Shown piece by piece: positions 9,759-17,827 of a stretch of DNA of 64,000 nucleotides. Where the stretch lies: NCBI GenBank assembly GCA_964564625.1, contig CAZMBE010000006.1:42998-106997 (forward strand). Direction: 5' to 3'. Source of the DNA: an uncultured Syntrophaceae bacterium (lineage in GTDB: Bacteria > Desulfobacterota > Syntrophia > Syntrophales > UBA2185). Under the pieces are notes generated by a model. The model made no database searches, was not told the origin of the DNA, and was given only the letters and a program-made list of their open reading frames with translations. A program made the translations under genes and the position numbers. Within the stretch, counting starts at the first letter, position 1, and every line of letters starts with the position of its first letter.

Positions 9759-9993
9759 GGCAGTTAAAGGACACTCGGCCTCGCATAACTTCAGGCGTAG
9801 TAAAGTATCATTTCGTAAAAAGCTCTCCTACTAACCACAGGAAACAGACAAGTGCGTATTTCTGAGGGTTATTTGTATTTCAATTTGCTTTCGATCATGT
9901 ATAGCCACAGAAAATTTGTTTCTTAAGATCTTTTGTGATATAAATTTAAAAGAACATATTGAATGAGATTATCAAGCTATCGGGAGATGATTC

Positions 9994-10488
9994 ATGAGAA
10001 AAGATAGCCTCGTATGTTTCCGTTTGAGTAGAAACATGCGCGAATCCTTGGCCAAAGTGGCTCAAGAGGATAAACGATCTCTTTCATCAATGATCGAGAT
10101 CATTCTATCCCTTTATCTGAAAGAGAGGAAAGCGCTTAAGGGTGTCAAGAAAGAGAAACGTCAGTACCCGAGAAAAGCCGTTTCTGTCCCCGCTTTTATT
10201 AATCAATGCAGTTCGGGGGAAACAAAGTTGCATACGGGATCAGTAACGAATATTTCCCTCGGGGGTGTACACGTATCTATTCCCCAGGATGTTGCGGATG
10301 AAATTTTAGTCGATCCGGATAAAACTAAATTTGAAATTATTTTCACGTTGCCCAATGAGAGCAGGCCCATTCGTCTAATGTGTGAACCGAGGAGAGTGGT
10401 AGATATCAAAGAAGCTCTTCATGTCGGTGCATCTTTTGTCGATGCCGATTTTAACAGCTATAAAGCACTTCATACCTACCTTACGTGA
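9994..10488 (+). CDS. Ribbon-helix-helix (CopG-like) DNA-binding domain fused to a PilZ c-di-GMP-binding domain
   Basis: 164 aa. The N-terminus VCFRLSRNMRESLAKVAQEDKRSLSSMIEIILSLYL has an RHH pattern. PilZ motifs RQYPR (RxxxR) and NISLGG ((D/N)xSxxG) are present. Confidence 0.7.
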   Translation: MRKDSLVCFRLSRNMRESLAKVAQEDKRSLSSMIEIILSLYLKERKALKGVKKEKRQYPRKAVSVPAFINQCSSGETKLHTGSVTNISLGGVHVSIPQDVADEILVDPDKTKFEIIFTLPNESRPIRLMCEPRRVVDIKEALHVGASFVDADFNSYKALHTYLT

Positions 10489-10609
10489 CAGGTCAGCGCA
10501 ACGCGCCTTATTTCTCCAAGACGTCAGAACCTTATATGACACAATGGTGAATATGTGCATTGTGTCATTCGTACCTACCCTTTTATAACCTCGCTATTGG
10601 AGATACAAG

Positions 10610-11014
10610 ATGAAACAGAGAAAATCGGTAACTGGGAAGGAAAATATAGTCAATTTCAAAGGAATCATGAACCAAAAAAAGAGAAGCGACGTGTGTGCCC
10701 TGGGGTATGACGAGTTCAAATTTGCAGTTACCCAAATCCTTCTGAGTATAGTCGAGGCCATGGGGGAGAATAATAAAAAAATAGATGAATCCTTTAAAAG
10801 GTTAATTGATCATCTTAAAATGGTCAGCGATGAATTGAAATTTATAAAAAAAGTGCTTTATATGGAAAGGATATTGAACGGTGAACACAGGGACGGACCT
10901 ATGACCATTGAGCAAAAAGCATTACTGGCAGAAGCATTTGGGTTCGAGTTCAACGAATTTGTGAAGCAGGCTACACGCAAAAGAAAAAGCCCTAAAAGTA
11001 AAAAAACATCGTAA
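10610..11014 (+). CDS. Hypothetical protein with Lys-rich C-terminus
   Basis: 134 aa ORF. The RBS is weak (TTGGAGA). No motif recognised. Confidence 0.4.
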   Translation: MKQRKSVTGKENIVNFKGIMNQKKRSDVCALGYDEFKFAVTQILLSIVEAMGENNKKIDESFKRLIDHLKMVSDELKFIKKVLYMERILNGEHRDGPMTIEQKALLAEAFGFEFNEFVKQATRKRKSPKSKKTS

Positions 11015-11107
11015 TTGGAGACAGGTTCACTAACGAGTCTTCATCGCTATGAAGGTAGCCTCCATATGTGCCCCCTTCACGAAAGAAGGTAACTGCGGCA
11101 CGAGCCT

Positions 11108-13765
11108 TTAGTTGGCCCGGGTCTGGCGATAGTACCAGTGCAATTGTCCGCGGCTGCTGTCTTCGTCAATATTCTCCTCGGCGATCATCTTTTCTCCCCG
11201 CGCAGAGGGCAATACTTCCTTGAGTTTCCATGTGTTCTCGTGGCGGCCGAATGTCCAGTATTCTTCGAAGGGTGTCACGTAGCGCTGTTCGTTCAAAATC
11301 CGCGGGCCTTTGCGCATAGCCTTTTGGGCATGTGCGCTGATACGCACAATGAATTCATCTTTTGCCGGATTGGCAAAATTTCTCACCAGGATCAGCTCTA
11401 CTTTGCGAACGCAAAAGTTTCGATACTCCACGGTAATCCCGTCCATTTTCCATTGCCCGATCTGCGTGCGCAGGTTCTGTGCCACATCCTTAAAGAGGTC
11501 GCTTTCCGGCACCTGCGCCGGTTCTCCCGACTCCTGCACGAGAAAGACATTTAAAAATACCTGTCGCGCCCTCTCCAGCATTTTCGTGCGGTCCCAGATT
11601 TTGTCCGTTTGGACAAGGAAGCTCAAAAGACGGTCTATCCGTGTGGATTTTTCTCCGACACCCTTCTCAAGCCAGGGCCCCGCCGCACCCGTTATTGTCG
11701 CCGTTTCTCCGTAAATATTTTGGATAGTCTGGTCGGTAAACATCTCTGCAAAGTTCTCATCCTTCAGAATATCAGATTCTCCGGCCTGTTCGATCTCTCG
11801 GAGCAGCCAGGTATTTCCTGAACGGTGGAATGTCCAGAATTCCTGAAACCGCGCAGGGCTTTGGTCGCCTCTTAAAAATTTATTTGTATGGTCATCCACA
11901 TAGTAATCCCGCGCAGAGGCGGTTATGAGTGCGGTAAATTCACGCTGGTCGGGCTTTTCCGTGTAGCGGACATTCACCAGATCCACCCGCTCGACGTGAA
12001 GGTTCTCGATCCGGTTGATCTCATGGTTACGAACCAGTCCCTGGAGCTGCGATGTGTGCTGGAGGAAGAGATCGTCTGTGAGGAGTGGCTTCATCGGTCC
12101 ATAATCACGTTTCTCCCAGCATTCCTGCAGTGTACGAAATGTGGATTCGGTAAGTCTTAGCAATTCTTTTGGCGATAATAAAGGATCCTGCGTGCTTAAG
12201 AAATCCAGCAGCTTTTCCGTGCGGGAGCTTTTGGAGCCTACTTCCTCTGGGCTGTAAAGGAAATCCAAATTTTCGCTTTTCGAGGACCTGCGCCGTGTTG
12301 ACATAGAAGACCAGATCACAAGACCTATGCAGACAGTCCAGAAGATAATTACCCCGATTATTTCCACGGCGTCGCCGGGTGATTCGCTCTGGCCTGATCG
12401 TGAACCTGATCTTGAACTCGATCCGGAGCTGGAACGGCTGGAACTCCCTCCCTTATTGTGTACCAGAAAATCCGCTGCGAGAAACGTATGCGGCTGATCC
12501 ACACTGACGTTGTAAACTAACTCATCCCGTTCGCTTATTGACGTTTCGAGAACCGAAGCCTTCTTCAGCGTGTCGTCACTCCACGCAAGCACGGAGTGTC
12601 CGGGACGGAGCTTCCCCGCTTCGAGGAATGTGCCGTCAGGCAGACCAAGGGGGTGGTCCCGGGTCGTGCGGAGGACGCCGCGATCCGTCTTCACCACAAA
12701 GGTACGGGAATGTGTTGCGAAGATCTTTTTCACCCTTGCGTTCATCATGCGTTGCGCTGTATCAATTGCCTGCACGGTAGCGCCCGCGGAAAGCGTTTCG
12801 ATAGGAACTTGACCCGATGAAGTTCGGATCATGGTTCCGGCGGGGAAGCAACCACCGCCACCGCCTTTATTATGGACGGCGATGCCGCCAGCGAAAAAGG
12901 TGTTCGGATGATCGGTCTGAAGATTGTATACCCGAACGCGTTCGTGAACCCTCTCGAGCGAGAGGATTCTCTGTTCAGAAAGTGCCTTGCCATCCCAGGC
13001 GAAAATGGCATCACCGGTATTGAGAGCGTCTATTGTTTTAAACGTACCCTGTCCGACATAGAAGGGATGCTCAACAGTTACTTTGAGGATTCTGCGGTCT
13101 GTCTTGAGGATTACGTATTCATCAACCTTGTGACGAATGATGTGTCTCACCTTTGTGTGCACAATACGACCATCGGTCGAGTATGCGAGTAAATCATCTC
13201 CCGGACGGACATCACTGATGAGCGTTTCCGTGCCGTCGGATTTCAATATCCCGCTGTCTGGGAGAAAACAACCCTTGTTGTGAACTACCATATTGGCAGG
13301 AAAGAACGTCCCTCCCGGGATAACCAGTAAATTATGCGCAGGCTGCTGTGCCTGAACATGTTGAATTGAGTGGATAGGAACTTCTTGGAGGCGGCCGCCT
13401 CGCATGATGGTAACCATATCACCGACGTTAAGCAGCCTGGCGACGCGGTATTCACCGGGACCCACCATCACCGGGTGCTCTGAGGTGATTTTCACCGATT
13501 CTTCTCCGGCGGAAATCTTCAGATAATGATCGGTACTGACTTCGGTCAGCATCTGAACTTCTCCTGCCAGGATTTTTTCACGCGAAAAGCTCCAGACCTT
13601 GTCGCCCACGCGAAGCTTTTCAATTGCAACAATGCCTGTGGGAGTCATGACAGGAGTGCCTTTTGCCAGACAACCTCCGCCGCCGCGCGCAAAAACTGGG
13701 GTTGAAAAAAGAAAAACAAACAGTATTGCTCCTAATGCAACACTTTTTTTCATTGATCCTTCCAT
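11108..13765 (-). CDS. Membrane protein: signal peptide, 3 tandem Hint (Hedgehog/intein-like) domains, TM helix, 2 Tim44-like domains
   Basis: 885-aa ORF. The likely start is the internal ATG at 13753 (MKKSVALGAILFVFLFSTPVFA), which has GGAAGGA upstream. Three modules each start with G-C-(L/F)-x-x-G-T, contain T-x-(E/D)-H-P and end in V-H-N-K-G. A Ser/Arg-rich linker and a TM helix (AVEIIGVIIFWTVCIGLVIWS) follow. The C-terminal half holds two repeats resembling the Tim44 C-terminal domain (WTFHRSGNTWLLREI and WTFGRHENTWKLKEV). Confidence 0.8.
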   Translation of the reverse strand: MEGSMKKSVALGAILFVFLFSTPVFARGGGGCLAKGTPVMTPTGIVAIEKLRVGDKVWSFSREKILAGEVQMLTEVSTDHYLKISAGEESVKITSEHPVMVGPGEYRVARLLNVGDMVTIMRGGRLQEVPIHSIQHVQAQQPAHNLLVIPGGTFFPANMVVHNKGCFLPDSGILKSDGTETLISDVRPGDDLLAYSTDGRIVHTKVRHIIRHKVDEYVILKTDRRILKVTVEHPFYVGQGTFKTIDALNTGDAIFAWDGKALSEQRILSLERVHERVRVYNLQTDHPNTFFAGGIAVHNKGGGGGCFPAGTMIRTSSGQVPIETLSAGATVQAIDTAQRMMNARVKKIFATHSRTFVVKTDRGVLRTTRDHPLGLPDGTFLEAGKLRPGHSVLAWSDDTLKKASVLETSISERDELVYNVSVDQPHTFLAADFLVHNKGGSSSRSSSGSSSRSGSRSGQSESPGDAVEIIGVIIFWTVCIGLVIWSSMSTRRRSSKSENLDFLYSPEEVGSKSSRTEKLLDFLSTQDPLLSPKELLRLTESTFRTLQECWEKRDYGPMKPLLTDDLFLQHTSQLQGLVRNHEINRIENLHVERVDLVNVRYTEKPDQREFTALITASARDYYVDDHTNKFLRGDQSPARFQEFWTFHRSGNTWLLREIEQAGESDILKDENFAEMFTDQTIQNIYGETATITGAAGPWLEKGVGEKSTRIDRLLSFLVQTDKIWDRTKMLERARQVFLNVFLVQESGEPAQVPESDLFKDVAQNLRTQIGQWKMDGITVEYRNFCVRKVELILVRNFANPAKDEFIVRISAHAQKAMRKGPRILNEQRYVTPFEEYWTFGRHENTWKLKEVLPSARGEKMIAEENIDEDSSRGQLHWYYRQTRAN

Positions 13766-13867
13766 CAGTTCGCAAACCGGGTAGTGCCCCGGCCTCCAGA
13801 ATAAAGCTTTGTGAGGGAGTTAATGAGTCAGGAATACCTCTTTCGATATGCTTCAAATTGGCCGGTC

Positions 13868-14137
13868 TTAATGAAGCGCCGCGATGATGCCGCCAAGCAC
13901 TGCGGCGCCAATGACAATGCTCAGTCCGAGAATGCAGGCTCCCACTATCCTGCCGTAGTATTCTGCCACGGCGGCGTTACCGCGGGCGATTTCCCTTCCC
14001 TCATCGATGTTCGGAGTCAACCTTTCCATCAGCTTCGGTACAACACTTGACGCCAGAAGGACCAGCGCCATGCCGATGAGACCACCCACCAGAGAAAAGA
14101 GCATGGACCATCCAATATCACTCACTGTCTGTATCAT
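13868..14137 (-). CDS. DUF350-family small integral membrane protein
   Basis: 89 aa with hydrophobic helices separated by IDEGREIARGNAAVAEYYG, as I recall for DUF350. Confidence 0.65.
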   Translation of the reverse strand: MIQTVSDIGWSMLFSLVGGLIGMALVLLASSVVPKLMERLTPNIDEGREIARGNAAVAEYYGRIVGACILGLSIVIGAAVLGGIIAALH

Positions 14138-14199
14138 AGAACCCCCTTTCTTGTACGGGATCAGGATATACCATCACCGTAATCAACAGCATGGCTTGA

Positions 14200-14757
14200 T
14201 TAAAACTTGACTTGCGGAACCTCGCGGTCCCCGGCCGCTTCCATTTGAAAAAAAGGTTCTGCCTGAAAGGTATACATACTGGCAATTATGTTCCCGGGGA
14301 ACATTTCCACCTTGTTTTTATACCGCATGGCAGCATCGTTATAATACTGGCGGGAAAACCCGATCTTGTTCTCCGTCGCAGCCAATTCCTCCTGCAGTGC
14401 TATGAAATTCTCATTCGCTTTCAGGTTGGGGTATGCCTCGGCCAGGGCAAAGAGAGACCGCAAAGTCCGGGTTAAAGCGTTTTCGGCCTTGGCCCGCTCT
14501 GCGACGTTTCCCAGAGACGTTACTGCCTCCTGCCGTGCCTTGATGACCGCATCCAATGTCTGTCTCTCGTGGGCGGCGTACCCCTTAACAGATTCAATGA
14601 TATTTGGAATCAGATCATGACGCCGCTTGAGTTGCACATCAATCGAGCTCCAGGCATTTTTTACTTCATTGCGGGCGCGAACGAGGCCGTTGTAAAGGCT
14701 GATGATAAAGATACCACACACTGCGACAATGCCCAAAAAAACTAGAATCGATACCAT
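14200..14757 (-). CDS. lemA: LemA family protein
   Basis: 185 aa. N-terminal TM helix followed by YNGLVRARNEVKNAWSSIDVQLKRRHDLIPN...YYNDAAMRYKNKVEMFPGNI, the classic LemA signature. RBS is AAAGGAGGAG. Confidence 0.9.
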   Translation of the reverse strand: MVSILVFLGIVAVCGIFIISLYNGLVRARNEVKNAWSSIDVQLKRRHDLIPNIIESVKGYAAHERQTLDAVIKARQEAVTSLGNVAERAKAENALTRTLRSLFALAEAYPNLKANENFIALQEELAATENKIGFSRQYYNDAAMRYKNKVEMFPGNIIASMYTFQAEPFFQMEAAGDREVPQVKF

Positions 14758-14792
14758 TTCTCCTCCTTTATCATACCAAGGTAATGGGATAC

Positions 14793-14821
14793 ACTATAAG
14801 GAAAACAGACATGACCGTCAA
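14793..14821 (-). promoter_or_regulatory. Sigma-70-type promoter of the lemA operon
   Basis: The minus strand reads TTGACG (14821-14816), 17 nt, TATAGT (14798-14793), about 35 nt upstream of the lemA ATG. Confidence 0.6.
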
Positions 14822-14943
14822 GGAAAAATGGGCATAACGCTTTGCTTTCAAAGAATAATTAACGGTGAGAAGCCAGTTTTCAATCAACGTACCTTTGATG
14901 AATAATAATTCTTATATTTGTGAACTCCGTCGATACTTTACAG

Positions 14944-14971
14944 TTGACAAATTATGGTTTTCTACTATAAT
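14944..14971 (+). promoter_or_regulatory. Near-consensus sigma-70 promoter, about 340 nt upstream of the Cache-domain gene
   Basis: TTGACA (14944-14949), 16 nt, TATAAT (14966-14971). Confidence 0.55.
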
Positions 14972-15310
14972 TATAATAACATTACGTGTTCTTATGCTAT
15001 TCATATCATCTGTTCCGGATGTATCAGGCTCCTTCTGTGATCCAGTTACGTCTTGACTGTCAAACTGTCGATACAATGTTAATAAAAGGCTTTCCTATTT
15101 TCTGGTTAAGAAGGATAGAAAGTCCGGGAGAAAGCAAAGTACGACATATACGCTACGCGGAACGTTTATAATCTCCCGCAATGTAGTAAAACAAAGGCAC
15201 AAAATTTTTGTAACAATACCCTGGGATAGTGTCGGTATTGCCAAACAAAAGCTGATGTATCAGTAACAAAGTTTGCGGATCCTTTTAAAAGAAAGAAAAG
15301 GAGGTGCATT

Positions 15311-15745
15311 ATGCTTAAACAGTTTAAAGAAAATGCCCAGGAATGGGTGGAAAAGGCGATAGTGTATTATAAGAATTCCGGCAAGAAAATTGCTTTAGCT
15401 GAGTATTCAAATCCCACAGGACAGTTTGTCCAAGGCGAACTGTATATTTTTGTGTTGAGCCCCAAAGGGACTATGCTCGCACACGGAGTCAATGAAAGAT
15501 TTGTGGGGCAGGAGTTTGCCGATCTCAAAGACGCTGATGGAAAGCATTTCGTCAAGGAAATTCTTGAAACCGCCAACACACAAGGCAGTGGCTGGGTAAC
15601 TTACAAATGGCATCACCCAACGATAAAAGAGGTGCTCCCTAAGTACCTGTATTTTAAGAAAGTTGATGATTTGATCATTTGCAGTGGCATCTACCAGGTG
15701 GAACCGCAAACCTATATCTCTCAACCGGTTAAGCCGGAGAGCTGA
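15311..15745 (+). CDS. Stand-alone single-Cache (sCache_2-like) sensor domain protein
   Basis: 144 aa. YIFVLSPKGTMLAHGVNERFVGQEF...GSGWVTYKWHHP...KYLYFKKV is a typical Cache_2 pattern. RBS is AAAGGAGG. No signal peptide is evident. Confidence 0.7.
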   Translation: MLKQFKENAQEWVEKAIVYYKNSGKKIALAEYSNPTGQFVQGELYIFVLSPKGTMLAHGVNERFVGQEFADLKDADGKHFVKEILETANTQGSGWVTYKWHHPTIKEVLPKYLYFKKVDDLIICSGIYQVEPQTYISQPVKPES

Positions 15746-16104
15746 TTGTCTGGCGGATGTCTGTAAATGCAACACATGAACCGCATATACTGACACTATC
15801 CCGGAAACAGTGAAAAATGATGCAATGAACACCGTCGCAAGTATGCAGTAAATTGGAAGAACTAAACCTTTGCGCGATAGTCTTCATGCCCGTCTTTTTT
15901 TGATCAAGATAAGCTATTGTGTATTCGCCGTAGATGCCTTAATGGCGATTGTCGAGCACACCGAATCCCGTTACAAGCTCTTGTGCCGTACCGTCTCTAT
16001 GAGCCGGAGGATATTTCAATCGCAGGGGATTGCAGTACGGGAAGTTGAGAGATCAAATGTTGCAGGCCTTCCCTGGTATCAATGAAAGGGCATCATTTTT
16101 TTCC

Positions 16105-16133
16105 TTGACAATAGAACTATCGTTCTATAATAT
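16105..16133 (+). promoter_or_regulatory. Sigma-70 promoter overlapped by a LexA-type SOS box (GAAC-N4-GTTC)
   Basis: TTGACA at 16105-16110. Palindrome AGAACTATCGTTCT at 16113-16126. -10 element TATAAT/TAATAT at 16126-16133. dinB lies downstream. Confidence 0.6.
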
Positions 16134-16267
16134 AGCATTATGGTAAAGAAGCGCACAGCTCAAAGAGCGGTAAGACACATAAGCAATTTTCTTTGGGGGA
16201 ATCAACGAATGCCTTCCCATCGAGAAAAGTTAGATCTTCTCAATGCCCGATTGAAAGGAGAAAAAAC

Positions 16268-16501
16268 ATGCGGAGTATAGCACCACATTCATCACGGCTT
16301 ATATGGCGGCCACGAGCGGCTACCTATGGAATGTATTCTCAGCAAGGCGCAGCAATTCGTTTCCGTTATTTCGTAGAAGGCACGAATTGGGACGACGTGC
16401 TTCTTCATCGCGTAAAATGGTTTGACAAGCTGTGCATTGGTTGTATCATTTTTTCTGTTCTTTACTTTATTCCTGTACTTATCGTATCCATGTTAAAATA
16501 A
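16268..16501 (+). CDS. Small hypothetical protein with C-terminal membrane anchor (77 aa)
   Basis: ATG at 16268 is preceded by GAAAGGAG. The C-terminus is LCIGCIIFSVLYFIPVLIVSML. It lies between the SOS-box promoter and dinB. The track's longer 16193 start lacks an RBS. Confidence 0.35.
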   Translation: MRSIAPHSSRLIWRPRAATYGMYSQQGAAIRFRYFVEGTNWDDVLLHRVKWFDKLCIGCIIFSVLYFIPVLIVSMLK

Positions 16502-16534
16502 CTCATCTACTATTCAGAAACCGGTACTGCCATC

Positions 16535-17572
16535 TTGATGGATTCCCCGAAAAGAAGAATTCTGCATATTGACATGGATGCTTTTTTCGCCGCGGTTGAA
16601 GAGAAACGGCGGCCTGAAATTATCGGCAAACCTGTTATTATTGGAGGCAGGGGAGATCCTTCCAGGAGAGGCGTCGTATCTACGGCAAATTATGAAGCGA
16701 GAAAATATGGTATTCATTCAGCCATGCCATTGAAGACAGCCTATAGACTCTGTCCACACGCTATTTTCCTCCCCGTTGACTATGAAACGTACTTAGCCGC
16801 TTCCCAAGCATTCAAGAGGGTTCTCGCAGACATCTGTCCTAATATGGAAAGCGGGGGCATTGATGAAGCCTATCTTGATATTTCTGCCAGCAATGATTCA
16901 TCAGAAAACATTGCCCACGGTATCAAACTTGGCATTCGAGACAACACAGGTCTCACATGTTCAATAGGAATAGCACCGAACAAGCTTCTTGCTAAGATTG
17001 CTTCTGACATGAAGAAGCCCGATGGACTGACAATTCTTGGGAAAGAAGACGTTAAAGATACAATATGGCCCCTTCCTGTCAGGAAGTTGTACGGTGTTGG
17101 ACCGAAGACCGAAGCGCGGCTGAAGGAGATTAGTATAACTACGATAGGTCAAATCGCCGGCATTTCCCAGGAGCGGCTCATCATGGAATTTGGCAATTCG
17201 TACGGCAGGTATCTCTACTATGCTTCCAGAGGGTTGGATGATAGTCCCGTGATAACACACTGGGAGCCTAAGTCAATCAGCAGGGAGACCACTTTTCAGA
17301 CTGACGTCAAAGATTGGCAGGCGATTGCAAAGACGCTTGCTGCGTTGACCAAGGAAGTCATCTCTGACATGGTGGGAAGTGGATACAAAGCCAGGACCTT
17401 CACGATTAAAGTGAGATTCAGCGATTTCCAGACCTTGACAAGAGCAACGACGCTTCATGATTTCGTCGATTCCGAAGAAGAAGTAAGGAAAGCAGTTTTC
17501 CGCTGCCTGAAAAAAGTCAATCTGGATAAGAGGGTGAGGCTCCTCGGCGTAAGGGCCAGTAATTTTAGTTGA
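16535..17572 (+). CDS. dinB: DNA polymerase IV (Y-family)
   Basis: 345 aa. ILHIDMDAFFAAVEE, SIDEAYLDIS-like (GIDEAYLDIS) and GIAPNKLLAKIASD motifs. Confidence 0.95.
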   Translation: MMDSPKRRILHIDMDAFFAAVEEKRRPEIIGKPVIIGGRGDPSRRGVVSTANYEARKYGIHSAMPLKTAYRLCPHAIFLPVDYETYLAASQAFKRVLADICPNMESGGIDEAYLDISASNDSSENIAHGIKLGIRDNTGLTCSIGIAPNKLLAKIASDMKKPDGLTILGKEDVKDTIWPLPVRKLYGVGPKTEARLKEISITTIGQIAGISQERLIMEFGNSYGRYLYYASRGLDDSPVITHWEPKSISRETTFQTDVKDWQAIAKTLAALTKEVISDMVGSGYKARTFTIKVRFSDFQTLTRATTLHDFVDSEEEVRKAVFRCLKKVNLDKRVRLLGVRASNFS

Positions 17573-17827
17573 TAAAGTTTATTGCCTCCTGCCAATCATT
17601 CTGGCTTTCTATTTATAAATAAAATTCTGAATGCGGGAAAGGAGTGAGTGAAGATTACCAATTGAACTTTTGAAGATATCTTCAATTTATAGTAAAAGCT
17701 TCCGGGAAATTCTTTTCATGATTTCATCAACTTGAAATAATCGATTCAAAAAGAGAATAGAACCGTCTTGAATATAGCATGTTTGGGCGACACCTGTCGG
17801 ACAGTTCCTGCTTATGACACGTATGAC

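Noticed and set aside
15870-16085. 71-aa plus-strand ORF between the Cache gene and the SOS promoter. Minus-strand fragments here were also checked for a lexA remnant.
   Set aside because: No RBS, no motif, and no similarity to the LexA C-terminal protease region in any frame that I could recognise.
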